Shown piece after piece: positions 45,601 through 57,064 of a stretch of DNA of 64,000 nt. The number at the start of each line of letters is the position of its first letter. The first letter of the stretch is position 1. Made by a program: the position numbers and the translations under genes. Source of the stretch: Cyanidioschyzon merolae. Taxonomy: Eukaryota. Location: NCBI GenBank assembly GCA_000091205.1, contig AP006495.2; one strand, given 5' to 3'. The notes under the pieces are model-generated. The model worked only from the letters and a program-made list of their open reading frames with translations, made no database searches and was not told the DNA's origin.

Positions 45601-47695
45601 GGAGCCAACGGTCGAAGAGCGCGGCGTCCGCGTTGGCGTCGGCGCACACTCTTCCCGTTTCGGACACCCCTCCCTGAGCCAGTCAAAAAAGGCTCCAGGT
45701 CCGACTTCATAGTGCCCATCACGCATCTTAAACCGTGTCACGAGACACATACTGAACACAGATACAAGCGCCAACGCCAAACTTGAACGTGTTGGTTGCT
45801 CGCTGATCGCAGGCGCCGCCACGTCAGTTGTGGCTGCGGCGGCGGCGCCGCCCCGACGGGCTACCCCCTCCAACGGCGATCTCATCGATAGGACGTACGA
45901 AACGACCAGAATATCCGAGATGAAGTATAGGTAATGTAACTTGGGAGTAGGGTGTTTGATGGATACCTCACCGCGCACTGAAAACACACACACAAAAAAA
46001 GTAAGAAAAGAAAAATGCGCATAATCGGAGAACGCTGGCCTATGGAAACGGTTTGTCTATGGAAAAAAGAAAGAAAAACGGCGATCTCAGTGCGCAGCGC
46101 CCGGATGCCGTTGCACGGCGTTGCGGCCCCGAGCGCAGACAAGTAGGTGTTGGTGCGAGAGTCTGGGGCAGACTCGACATTCAGCGTACATGTATGTGGA
46201 TTCTTGGATTGGACAGAGATCGCTGACGGAGATACTGAGATGATCTTGTTCGGTATGTAAATCTCGTGGCATTTGTTGGTGAAGTGTAGGCAATTTTCAG
46301 TTTACCAGGAACTGTGCTTCGGGAGTCATCAGGGTCGATCGCATAACTCGATATCCGTAGACTGTGTTCGAAGTATTGTGGAGGCTGTCTGATTTTGACG
46401 GGAGCAGCATGGACCGCAAGTCTGCGCTCTATGCGTAAAATTCTATTGGCAGGAGCTCGGGAAGGAGCAAGAAACATCGCTTGACGCTCTCGAGTCGCGC
46501 ATACAAATCCGGAATCAGTGGAGCCTCGCCCCGTCACTAATGCTTGGCGGTCTCTTGCTTGGTTACCGACCGTCGTCGCACAAGCAATGAAATCGAGTCA
46601 GCGTCTCCAGTTCTATCGTAGAGAAGATGCAGCATAGCTGCGCTCTTTGCTAAGGGGGCAATCCATCGTAGACCGGGGCGCTCAACATCTGCAGGTGCTT
46701 GATCGATCACTCCCGGTGGAGGAGAATGTCGAGACTTTCGAAATATCGAGCGGGCACGGCACAGGCAATGTCTCGTGCTCTCCTGGGACCCGCTTGAATT
46801 TGTTTCCGTGCTTCAGCTTGATGTAATGAGCGACACGAGAGTCGAGGTTCATCTAGATTTGATTCGTGTCCATCGTGCTGGAAAGGCCCCGAGCATCTGC
46901 GTCAAGCCGAAGAAACCCGCCTTCATTCACCTTTACGGATCTTGTCCTTTGGTATGTCCTATCGTTCTTCCGGGTCAGAGATGATCGAATTCATTAGTGC
47001 TCGGCATGAGACTCGAGCCGATGGTGTTCTCCATGTCGTAACGGTTCCTCGCGGTACAGGCGATCTCGCAAGCGTAGAAAAGATCGTATCAAGGAACGAG
47101 CGCGCGCTTATGGCCTCTTCGCTCATCCATGCTTTCGCCTTTTTGTACCAAAGTCCTTTCGGTGTCTATACGAAATGAAACAAACGATAAAGTGAACTGG
47201 GTCAAGAGTCGCGAGAGAGATTCCTTAGAACGTGGACCTTCCCGAGGGCGCTGGCTTCCCCTCGCGTTCAGTCGCCCTTGAAGACTCCATAAGCGAGACG
47301 ACGGACTTTATCTATTCGCGATGACGAACTTGGCGGAGAGAGGTCAGTTTAAATTTGGTGACGATGAATTGCGCTTGGGCCATTTCTTCGGGCTCGTCGT
47401 CTCCTCTCTCTCTCACCCGAAGCATCGTGCAGCACATTTCCTCTGAATTCCAGAGCATGTGCTACCCTTATACCGATGGAATCATTTTTCTCTCCTGGTG
47501 AAGCGCACCCTCAACCGCTAATTCGCTCAAGAGATCCGAAAATTCGATACACCTTTTCGTTGCTACAGGGCGAATGCACCAGTTTGAAACATGCACGACT
47601 GGGTTCCTGCATGCCCAAGTGCCATCTCGCCACCACGCTCAGGCGCTAAGGTCGCGCTGGCGTGTGTATAGCGCCCCTCGTATCGGTAAGCAAGT

Positions 47696-48139
47696 ATGTA
47701 CGTGGCGCTTATCGCACAGTGGCAGCGACGAATACTCGTGGACACAGCACTTCGGAGAATGTCGTCTTGTACACTGGGGACACCTCGAAGAGACGTATCT
47801 CGTGAAGCCCGTTGTGTGCCGTGCGAGGGCATCGGGTCGGCGCTCAGCGCTGAGCAAGTGGCGGAGTTGGTCGCCACCAAGACACCCCAGTGGACGACAA
47901 CTCCTGACACAAAACGTCTGCATCGCACTTGGGTTCGTCCAAACTTTAAAGATGCTATGGAATTTTTGAACCGTATAGCGGATGTTGCGGAAAAGGAAGG
48001 ACACCACCCGGACCTGCACCTCACGAACTGGAACCGTGTTCGCGTGGAGCTCTGGACGCACGCTCTGGGCGGTCTCACCGAGAACGACTTTATATTGGCT
48101 ATGAAAGTCGATGAGATAGCAGAGCAAGGTCAAAAGTAG
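47696..48139 (+). CDS. PCBD: Pterin-4a-carbinolamine dehydratase (PCD/DCoH)
   Basis: 'EGHHPDLHLTNWNRVRVELWTHALGGLTENDFILA' contains the PCD signature [EQ]-x-HHP. The N-terminal extension suggests organelle targeting. The long antisense ORF 47639..48271 is treated as spurious. Confidence 0.75.
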   Translation: MYVALIAQWQRRILVDTALRRMSSCTLGTPRRDVSREARCVPCEGIGSALSAEQVAELVATKTPQWTTTPDTKRLHRTWVRPNFKDAMEFLNRIADVAEKEGHHPDLHLTNWNRVRVELWTHALGGLTENDFILAMKVDEIAEQGQK

Positions 48140-48603
48140 GCCATGATTTGGAGCAAGAGCTATTGCGAGGGTGCGGAAGCGACCGGAGTTGTTTACGTTG
48201 CGGCGCTCGATGAGGGCGATGAAACTGGAGTTTCCGCTCGCGTTGACGTAGTAAGGTCGAGGAGCGCGCACCAGTTGGCTTCGGGCGCGCTTTCATGGCG
48301 GGGTTTCCCAGCGCTCGCAGGCGATCGTCCGGTGCCTGGTAACGTACCGCTTTTGCAGACGTCGTTGGCCCGGCGAGCTGCAGGCTTCAATGGACCGCGA
48401 TGGTCATCGCAACCAGGCCGCAAGATACACACTAATGGGAACCACAGTTTACGAATTGACCTCAAGGGGGATTCCTGCGTCACCTGATCAAGCTAGAGAG
48501 ATCTTTCCTACGATCAAATGGGCCCCAGAGGAGCTCCTTTCCTTCATAGCTTGCGCTTGTAGCGTCTTTTTGCAGCCATACTAAACGAACCTTTGAGGGA
48601 AAC

Positions 48604-49734
48604 TTATGCCGGAATTCCACCAGGCGGATCCCATTTTGAACCAAGCTCGCTTAGTTTCTTGTGGGCATTTGCATAGTCCTCGAAGAACTTGGCCTCATCG
48701 GTGGCATAGATCTTCACGTACTTGTTGAATTCCGGATCTTCGACGAGAGCCTTGTCTGTGACGAGCTTCAGAAGCTCCGGATCAGCATTCGGATCCATGA
48801 GCACCTTGAAGTACATGTTGTTGAACTGGAGCCAGTCCGGTGTCCAGGAGCTGCCTCCCTTGGTCACACCGCTCACTGCGCGCGTATACTTGGTGCCCTC
48901 CTCACCGGCGCCGAAGCCACTTCGGAACTTGTACGCGCGTCCAATGGTATGGCCACCGCTCAGTGCAACGATCTCCTGGTCATTGAAACCCATCCGATAG
49001 AAAACCCTACGCAAATGCGCGGCAGCGTCCTCCTTGTCGGGCGCGGGCTCGTTAGGATTCTCACCCTCGGCCTTGTGGAACGGTGGACCGCCCGCCGGGA
49101 GTCGACCCTCTGGTGGCACCTCATTCTCCGACTGGGCATCGACACGGCCGAAACGGAACGGAATCTTGGGCCCGCCTGCAACCTCGATCGACAGAACACT
49201 TGCGTACTGAATAAGATCAGCCCATCCTACGTTTGGGTACTTCTCTTTGATTGGTTTCAACAGGTTCAGAGCGCCCGGGAGACCAACATTGCCGCCATGC
49301 TGGAGTTCCTTATTGAAACGAATAGAGCCGTTCGCACCGCCCGTTCCCAGGCGTGCGTCGTAGTCTCCCGAGTCGTGCCACGCCAAGCGTACCAGGATCG
49401 GCATCGCTTTGGTACGCTTGATCATTTCAACAAGATCGTTCCGAACAGAAGTCATCGTCTGTGTGTCGATTGCCATGGTCACAAGCCTTCGCGTCGGTGC
49501 CTGGGTGTTGAGTCTCAAAACTGCCGCGCCGCGGTACGCTTCACGTTGCACAAAATAAGAACTGAATCGAACTTTGTTCGCAGAACGCACTGAAACACTG
49601 CTGATTCTTCTAACCTGAATAGAGCGCAACGAAGGAAAACTTACAGCGTTTGAAAAAGCAATCTGTCCTGAATTCATCGAGCTACGGATACCACTGTACC
49701 CGTTACGTAAAAGTGAGCACGACAGGATACGCAT
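48604..49734 (-). CDS. APX: Class I heme peroxidase (ascorbate peroxidase / cytochrome c peroxidase family) with an N-terminal presequence
   Basis: 'LAWHDSGDYD' contains the distal His, and 'ALSGGHTIGRAY' contains the proximal His. The similarity to APX/CCP runs through to the C-terminus. About 90 aa of Ser/Arg-rich N-terminal extension precede the domain. Confidence 0.8.
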   Translation of the reverse strand: MRILSCSLLRNGYSGIRSSMNSGQIAFSNAVSFPSLRSIQVRRISSVSVRSANKVRFSSYFVQREAYRGAAVLRLNTQAPTRRLVTMAIDTQTMTSVRNDLVEMIKRTKAMPILVRLAWHDSGDYDARLGTGGANGSIRFNKELQHGGNVGLPGALNLLKPIKEKYPNVGWADLIQYASVLSIEVAGGPKIPFRFGRVDAQSENEVPPEGRLPAGGPPFHKAEGENPNEPAPDKEDAAAHLRRVFYRMGFNDQEIVALSGGHTIGRAYKFRSGFGAGEEGTKYTRAVSGVTKGGSSWTPDWLQFNNMYFKVLMDPNADPELLKLVTDKALVEDPEFNKYVKIYATDEAKFFEDYANAHKKLSELGSKWDPPGGIPA

Positions 49735-50030
49735 GAAGTGTAGCTCGCGATGTCGCGATGCCGCCCTGCCGAAGCGTTCGGAAGGCGGCGGGATCGCTGT
49801 GCTCGCGCATCTGCAGCCATTGGTGCAACGCGTACGCCGCGATGCACGCGCCAGGTACAGGTGTGCGCTGGCGATCGGCGCGCATCCGCTGGCGTGATCA
49901 GATTCGTCTCGAGGCTGATCGCCGCGCTGTGCCGCATCGCCGCTGGGGTATGTTGTGAAGCGCGCGCGCTCTGTACCCCGCTTATGAATGCGCGATCATA
50001 TCGCATGCTGGATCATCTTTCTTGTCGACC

Positions 50031-50779
50031 AATAGCCAGGAAAAACTGTACATGGTGAATTGATGTGGTGCTCGGGTCTTGCAGTATTGCTGAACCGTTC
50101 TGTATCAGCGAGTGAGCAGAGGCGGGAATCCGATTCTCCCTCTTGAACAGTGATGTTTCTCCATTGCATATAGGTTCCGTTTCCAGCACCAGGGCCTCAC
50201 TGGGTGCCAGAGGATTCCCTCAGAACTTCGCTCGACACCAAGCCGGTGGACGCGATGGCAACAAGCGTCCGTCCCGGATGTTCAGCGAGGCGATCATTCG
50301 TAGGTGCAGAGTGTCCTTGCGCGCATTCTTGCCGGGGGAATCATGCTACAGCATGCCTCCGATCTTCGATAGCTCCGCAATCTGAAATTTGATCAGCTTG
50401 CTGTTCGCCATCTCGTGAATCTGGCTCTGTCTCATGCTCTTCTTCTGTATTCGTTTCACTGTGCACCGGTCCTGGCGATGCACGTACATCGTCCTGAACG
50501 CATCTATGGGAATCGTGCAGCATCGATTCCTGCACTTGCTTGGTGCTGTCGCTGAGGGCACAGGATTAGACTCTTGGGGTGGTACACAGCCGCCGTAGAC
50601 ATAGGCTACCACAACGCGACGAGAGTAATCGGTCATTTCCTTGCTGGGAGCCCCCAGAGGGCTTTGGTGAAAGCACGCATCTTGCCTCTGTAGAACCGGA
50701 GCCCGTCAGGGGCGTCAGTGCAGTCGCATGTGCTGCTCATACAGGTCCTTCGCATGAGCCATGTGGACGCCTTCGTACT
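50031..50779. repeat. Dispersed repeat, copy B (direct repeat of 35756..36504)
   Basis: See copy A. The offset is 14275 bp. This copy lies in the 5' flank of the peroxidase gene. Confidence 0.9.
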
Positions 50780-53364
50780 ACATGGAGCTTACATCATGTC
50801 CCGCCAGTTCCATTCTTCTGTGTCAGAATTGCTAGGGCACGACGGGTACGATCCAAAGAGGGTGCGTCCCAGGAAGCGCTCGGCATTGACCCGCGGGAGG
50901 TATTTGAGGTTGTTTTCAATTTATCATTGACGCTCGCGGCTTACATTTGGTGATCGCTGACGTTGCTCGGCGTTGTGCCAAACTATACAGGGAAGCCTGT
51001 ATAAAGATTTCGGATCAAAAGATCAGTCCGTCAGACGTCTTCTATCCCGATCATCTGTTGTCCTGCGTTGCGAAGGTGAGATCGAAAGATATCCAGAGAA
51101 ATATGGATAGATGGCAGCGCTGCGTCCGGATTTCATGCGATCAGTTGCTTGACGATGTGGGCCAAAGCGAGAGAAGCAGGCGAGCGTTCCTCAAATGAGA
51201 AGCCACGCGATCTTTCCTAGCGTCCATCAGCTCGCGTAAGAAAGGTGAACCCGCAGATGCGTTTTCGTAGGGAGGCCATGCCAACGGTTTCAGGTTGATC
51301 TCTCAGCCCCGATAGGTTTTCTTTCTGGTTCCTCGTCGTCCTGCGTTCTGTACAAAGTTGCTGCTTTTGCCCCATGAGTCCTGCACCTTCTACTTCTCCG
51401 CGTTCGCCCATACTTGGTGGAGAATCATGAACGTATACCCATACTCCATAACCGTTCGTTTTTCTTGGGATTCTGATGCGCCGTAAGGGCGGAATCATTG
51501 AAGCGCCACTGCTCTATTGATGTATTTACGGTCCCGTAACTACTTTTTCGTGATCCCCGTTCCGACCGTGTCCATAAACCGCAGCGCGCTTGTCCTCTGC
51601 CTCGCGCATACGACGAGCAACACTGCAGATCCGGGCTGGTCAGGGCAGGGAACAACTCGACCAAGAAGGATGCCATGGATGTGTTCGAGTCGTCCGTTGA
51701 TCCGTAAGCGTCGAAACGGTCTCTGACAACAGAGAAGACGCCTGCGACTCGATTCAACCCAGGAGCATACACTGGCACCGAGAGCACTTCAACTCGAACC
51801 GCAACTGCATGCACCGTTCCCGCTTGTGTGAGTGATAGAAAGCGGCGTTATGTAAGAGCAGGCGAGAGGCGTATGGAAGGAAAAGTCCTGAAGTGCTTCG
51901 ACGAAGCGTGAGGTGATGAACGATCTTACCCGATTGGCGATTTGGCGGCAACTATACGATAGCTACGACGCTATGACTGTTTTTTTAGTTACGGTCGCTC
52001 GTTTCACCTCTGCAAACAGCGGTTTGTTCCTTGTTGAGAACACGTGCACAAGTCTGCGATTTCCCTGGGACGAGGTCCCTTCGAGTGAGACGGAGAACCG
52101 TCTCAGATATAGGAAGCATTCGCGTTTCTGTACGAAATCGATGGCGTGCTTTTCAGCACGGGACCGTCCCGTACGGAAGCACGCTCTTTCATCATGTCCA
52201 TGTGTTTCTCTCGATAAGCATTGGTATCAGCGGTGTGGAAACTCCACACGCTTTGGCTTCTTTGGAAGAAGTTCGTTGAGAATGTTTGGAGTGAATTGGG
52301 TTGACGAGGAGACAGGCGCGAAAATAGAGTTTCATAGGTTCTGTGTTTTGGGTACACGACGCGTAGGATAGAGGACTACCAGGAAGGTGGTTCCTCCACC
52401 TGCTCATCGTTCAATGAAAGACTCGCACATGTAAGACCTTTTTTCGCAATCTAGCAGTCGCAGCATCAATTAGCTCCAAGACCTTCCTCCGATCTACACG
52501 ATGCATTGTTTTTGTGAAACATGCTCGGGTGATACAGAAACATACACAAAATGGACGTCATTGTATATGCGTCCCCGAAGGCACTGCTCGATTCGGAGCA
52601 TACCAGAAGCGTGTCGTTCTACCAGAATCGACTCGGCCATATGGAGGTTTCCTCTGAACACTCCATATATTACAGCATTGGCCTTGGATCAATACAGTCG
52701 ATGCTGCGGCTAGCGCGCATACACGCTGCAACCTTCGCTCGCGAACAGCGTTGCGACCGATCCACCGTCGGTATCATCGCATGCACGCAAACCGATTGGC
52801 TTTGAATGGAATACACTACGAGAGACTGAACTGACTCGCCTGGATGTGCAAACGCTTCTGGTTAGCGGCGCTCCGACTTGCCCAGGAATGTGTGGTCTTA
52901 TCGAAACTTTGTCGCCTGAGAGCACTGCAGGACCCGGAGAAAGCGCTTCAATCGATTCAATTTTTTATTCATTGACAGAACGTTTCCTTAGGCCAGCGTT
53001 CTCCGATTATGCGCATTTTTCTTCTCTTACTTTTTTTGTGTTTTTTCAGTGCGAGGTGTGGTATCCATCAGCTCCCTACCTCCATGTTACATTACCTATA
53101 CTTCTTCTCGGATATTCTGGTCGTTTCATACGTCCTATCGAGTGTGTGCCTAGTGCCTGCCGAAAGCGACCGCACCGGCGCCTAAAGCGCCGGTGCGTCA
53201 ATCGATGCAATACTGGCATTCGCGCCCTGGCCCCGATCGATGACCCGAAGATCCGCCGCCCGCGACATCCGGACGCACCCGCTATCGGTGCGCGCATGCA
53301 TCATCGGCGCATATCGAGACGTGAACCCTATATATATCAATTCTAGTGCCTAACTGAACGAAAC

Positions 53365-53465
53365 GGGGTGCTGGTCTATCGTTACAGGGGATCTGGTGGT
53401 ATGATTTGCCGTTAGGGAATTCTCCAACATCGGCAAGGTCCCGGGTTCAATTCCCGGGCACCCCC
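53365..53465 (+). tRNA. tRNA-Pro (anticodon AGG) gene with two insertions: about 17 nt in the D-loop and a canonical 12-nt intron between positions 37 and 38
   Basis: Acceptor GGGGTGC (53365-71) pairs perfectly with GCACCCC (53458-64). U8-G9 follow, then D-stem GTCT/TGAT. The D-loop is 24 nt and ends in GGTGGTA. Anticodon stem TGCCG/CGGCA flanks the loop TT-AGG-G, then the intron AATTCTCCAACA, then T38. Variable loop is AGGTC. T-arm is CCGGG-TTCAATT-CCCGG. The discriminator C is followed by A then TTTTT, a Pol III terminator. Apart from the insertions it is strongly similar to metazoan tRNA-Pro. Confidence 0.6.
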
Positions 53466-53957
53466 ATTTTTGCCCGTCTTGAACAAGTCGGTCTTAATAT
53501 CGATACGCGACCTCCTTGAGCTTGTCCCGAAGCGTGCGTCTGAGAACCGTGCTTCTGCTGCTGCACGAGTGCTGCGCACAACGGAGCTGTGCATCTGGGC
53601 TGCTGCTGTGCGCGTGCATCGCTCCTGAAAAGCTGCTTGACTGGGCGCCTTGAACAGGCGACTCTAGACTCGCGGGTCAGCGCGAAGCCGGAGGACCAAG
53701 GAATCTGGTGCGGGACGCGCCGCTGCTGGAAAGCGACGCTGCAGTCCTGCGCCGAACGCGTGCGGAACACTGGTCGTTGTTCACGTGGTCGTCCCGTCGC
53801 GAGGAGCGCGCGCTGAAGTTTGATTTGACGCCACCGCACGGCAAACGCCGTTTCGGCTCGACCTAGCTTAGATCGTAGACGGGGCAGCGCCGGCATTGAG
53901 CCCCCGGAACTGACGCAAGGTGCAAAGAACCGAGTCGTCCGAGTTGACGTCAGTCCA

Positions 53958-56090
53958 GTGTCTGCAACTGGCGAGTCTTGTGCGACTTACTCGCAACGCT
54001 CTCCAAAGATGCCCTCGCTGGTTTCTATTCCTGAACCGCAACGCACTGGGAGTGAAGCTTCGGATAAGGCGTGGTCCGCAACGAGCTCCCTGGTGGACTA
54101 CGTTTGTCGTCTGGATGAACGCAGCATCGACATGCTATTCACGGCCTGCGATTTGACGGTGTTCGGAATCCTCCGGGCTTTGCCTCCGCTTGCGAAAATT
54201 ATCTTGTTCCGTTTTCTCGCACTGAGCGACTATGTGCAAGAAATACCTGCACATATTGTGACTGCCTGGATCGCGGACCCTCGCACCGAGGAGCGCAACG
54301 ACCCCGTCTGGGGCCATACATCGAGAACTAGTGCCAAATCAACGTCTGCCTTCCCCGACTCGGAGCGCGAACGAAACCTAATCGTATCCCGTATCCTGCA
54401 CGTCCTTACCAGGCTGCGTTTTCTGCGCCGAACGGTGCAGGAGCAACCATCGAACGGCACATCCCAGGAGCTCGTGACCTATGCCTTACCACCAGCAATC
54501 CGTGAACATCTCCTGAGGTACCTCTGGGCAACCACAAATTCGCAAGAGAATCTCGAGGGGGCATGCACGCCCCGGAGAAGCAGTGCCAGCTCTGTTGATG
54601 CCTCAACACGCGCATCATGGATTCGCCTTCTCGAGCCGTTTCAGCGCATAGCGAACGCCAGCGATGGTCGAATACCAACAAGGCTCACAGCACCGCAACT
54701 CCGAGAGTACACTCGTCATGCATGGGAGCACGTTTTACACTTTGTGATTGGCATCCCCGTGGCGGAGCCTGAAATCAGGCAACCCACGGGTCCTGAACAC
54801 ACTCCAGAACACGTCATGGAGCCGCCGTCTGACGAAGTCATCGAAGCACTGCTGAGTTTGGGAGTCAGCGAGCAAGTCGGCTCCGATGGGATGCGCATCA
54901 CTGAACGAGGTTTCTCGTACCTTCTCCTCGATATTCATGCACAGTTGTGGGCCCTGCTCGAAGCATACATGGAAAACTGGGATGAAGCGCGTGGTGATCG
55001 TCTCGAACTCTTCGATCTGTTGTTCCGTCTGGGTTTCTCTGTGCCCGGACACATCTACGATGGCGGCGATCCGAGCCTGTCCGCAGCACAGTGCCGAATG
55101 CTCGGCTTTCTTGCGGAAATCGGCCTCGTATACCTCATGGAAACAGAGCAAAGCAGACAAGATGGCGACAACGATGAACAGCTCGTGATTCGCAGGCGCC
55201 GCCCGGGCCGGCCCCTGTACCTGCACGCCACGTCAACGAAAGACAGTCGTCGCAGCCCGGATGGACAGGCACGCTTCACATCGTCGCCGCTGCAACCACT
55301 TGGCAGCCTGATGGATGCCAACGACCGGGTGGCAACCAACATCAGTGCGGCTGTGCCCGGGAAAAACGATTTGACCTTCGATCGTCGGGTGGCTGCGCTC
55401 TTGAAGAAGCACTCGTCCAGGGTGCTGTTTTCGCCAACTCCGCTGGGTACACAGCTCATGATGGGGCCCGCCCTCGATCCTGTGGTCGCTCGTGAGCAGC
55501 CTGATGCAGTGCCCCGGCATGCTGAGATCCTCATCGAATCCGAACCTGTACTTGCAACTCCATCTGCAGGCAGGAGACCAAGCTTGGGGCGGTCCATCCT
55601 GAGCGGATCGCCATTCCAAATCATTGTGGAGACGAACTTCCGCCTATATGCCTATGCTGCTTCCTCGTTCCAGGTGGCATTGCTTTCGCTCTTCACGCGG
55701 ATCCTCTATCGCATGCCGGGCGTTGCCATTGGGGTCATCACGCGAGACTCAGTGCGACGCGCTCTCAAGTGCGGCATCACCGCCAAACAGCTGCTGCACT
55801 TTCTAGGTATCCATTCCATGGAGGGCAAAAGCGTCCCTTTTAACGTGCATGACCAAATCCTGCTCTGGGAATTGGAGCGCAAACGGATCCAGGCGTATCC
55901 TGGGGTCCTCCTGGAGGGCTTCGAGCCCACCTCCGACGGTCGCGCCTTTTTCGACCAACTCCAGGAGTACACGGTAGAACTTGGAGCCCAACAGTGGTGT
56001 GATCGAGTGCGCCAGTTGTTGGTTGCAGACGCGTCGTCCTTTGAAAGGCTACGAGAGTGGATTCGGAGGCAGGCGCAGACGCTTTCTTGA
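53958..56090 (+). CDS. TFB2: General transcription factor IIH subunit p52 (TFB2/GTF2H4)
   Basis: 'ILRALPPLAKIILFRFLAL' matches yeast Tfb2 'ILPPLAKFFIMAMVF'. 'WEHVLHFVIGIPVAEPE', 'ITERGFSYLLLDIHAQLWALL' and 'IIVETNFRLYAYAASSFQVALLSLF...GVITRDSVRRALKCGITAKQLLHFL' all have Tfb2 counterparts. Confidence 0.85.
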   Translation: MSATGESCATYSQRSPKMPSLVSIPEPQRTGSEASDKAWSATSSLVDYVCRLDERSIDMLFTACDLTVFGILRALPPLAKIILFRFLALSDYVQEIPAHIVTAWIADPRTEERNDPVWGHTSRTSAKSTSAFPDSERERNLIVSRILHVLTRLRFLRRTVQEQPSNGTSQELVTYALPPAIREHLLRYLWATTNSQENLEGACTPRRSSASSVDASTRASWIRLLEPFQRIANASDGRIPTRLTAPQLREYTRHAWEHVLHFVIGIPVAEPEIRQPTGPEHTPEHVMEPPSDEVIEALLSLGVSEQVGSDGMRITERGFSYLLLDIHAQLWALLEAYMENWDEARGDRLELFDLLFRLGFSVPGHIYDGGDPSLSAAQCRMLGFLAEIGLVYLMETEQSRQDGDNDEQLVIRRRRPGRPLYLHATSTKDSRRSPDGQARFTSSPLQPLGSLMDANDRVATNISAAVPGKNDLTFDRRVAALLKKHSSRVLFSPTPLGTQLMMGPALDPVVAREQPDAVPRHAEILIESEPVLATPSAGRRPSLGRSILSGSPFQIIVETNFRLYAYAASSFQVALLSLFTRILYRMPGVAIGVITRDSVRRALKCGITAKQLLHFLGIHSMEGKSVPFNVHDQILLWELERKRIQAYPGVLLEGFEPTSDGRAFFDQLQEYTVELGAQQWCDRVRQLLVADASSFERLREWIRRQAQTLS

Positions 56091-56321
56091 AACAGCGTCT
56101 TTCGGCTGCCGATTATTTGATCCGCGCCTCTGTTCCTGCCTGGTGCAAGCAGGTCGACGTAACCGACTGGATGCACAGATGCGGAACCCAGCGAGCGACG
56201 CGGGTGTCTTGCAGCGCCCGGCCGTTGCTCAGACAAGATGATCGGCAGCGGGGCGTACTCGAGCGCCAGTGTACAGCTATTGCAAGCGCAGGTTCTGCGG
56301 GAAAGTATGGGTCATGGCGGG

Positions 56322-56523
56322 CGGTACCTGGACGCAGAGCGCTGACTGAAGGTCATTTTCTGTGTTGCCGATATCCTCCCGCGCACTCGGGATGCTCCTG
56401 TCAGTGTCGAGGTTCACTGGTGGAACCTGGATGTCGAACGCTGAATGAAGGGCGTTCTCCCAGTTGCCGATATCCTATCGCGCGCACTCGGGACTCTCTT
56501 GTCAGTGTTAATGTTCTGTCGAG
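56322..56523. repeat. Imperfect tandem repeat with a period of about 99 bp (about 2.2 copies)
   Basis: 'gctgactgaaggtcattttctgtgttgccgatatcctcccgcgcactcgggatgctcctgtcagtgtcgaggttc...' repeats as 'gctgaatgaagggcgttctcccagttgccgatatcctatcgcgcgcactcgggactctcttgtcagtgttaatgttc...'. A partial copy ends just upstream. Confidence 0.8.
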
Positions 56524-57064
56524 AAAAACGTCGCGAGTGCAGTGCTTGAACTCAGCAATCCTTGGTGTGGCCTTGTCTTGGATGCACACGGTTAGCGCAG
56601 CCTGCGTCGCGCCTCCTATCTCCAGTACTTAGCGTACGGGCGCAGTCTGCATGATCGTTGAACAGTTGTGCTCGGCGTAATGTCGTCGCCGCAGAAATAC
56701 ACGCGGTACAGCGGGTCTGATTCGTAGAACATAGGCCGCAGAAGAATCGCCTGCAGGAGGTCAAGCATCCAGCGTTTCGTCTCATGAAATCACCGATCGG
56801 TTGACTCGTGACCCCTTCGGGCTTCCTGTGATCCGGTGCTGGTACTATGACGGAACGTGTGCGGAAGCGGTGACGCTGAGGCCTCGACAACCCCAAGCGT
56901 CTGTGTACCCGGGCGAGTCGGGCAAGTTCCATCAAGCAAGTATCATGATAATAGAGTTGCACGGGCACGCTCCAGTGCCGCCGCTTCCGTTGCGCGAAAC
57001 ATCAGCCTATATCCATGTAAGCATATCATCGAACGGCTCCATCCGGCTAACTCGTATGTACTCT

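Noticed and set aside
47128-47165. U5 snRNA-like loop motif 'cgcctttttgtaccaaag'
   Set aside because: The invariant U5 loop I (GCCUUUUAC) is not matched exactly, since there is an extra T and G. Flanking Sm-site and stem features are not evident, so this is probably chance.
47639-48271. 210-aa ORF on the minus strand
   Set aside because: It lies fully antisense to the well-supported PCD gene (EGHHPD motif on the plus strand). Long antisense ORFs are expected by chance in GC-rich coding DNA, and it has no recognisable motifs.
48661-49593. 310-aa plus-strand ORF
   Set aside because: It is antisense to the ascorbate peroxidase gene, which has clear distal and proximal His motifs, so it is a spurious mirror ORF.
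35756-50779. LTR retrotransposon bounded by the two 750-bp direct repeats
   Set aside because: There are no TG...CA termini and no target-site duplication. The interior has no gag, RT or integrase; it carries ordinary host genes (M16 peptidase, PNPO, PCD, peroxidase).
54735-55624. Several 128-189-aa minus-strand ORFs
   Set aside because: They are all antisense within the TFB2 gene, whose product matches Tfb2 along its full length.
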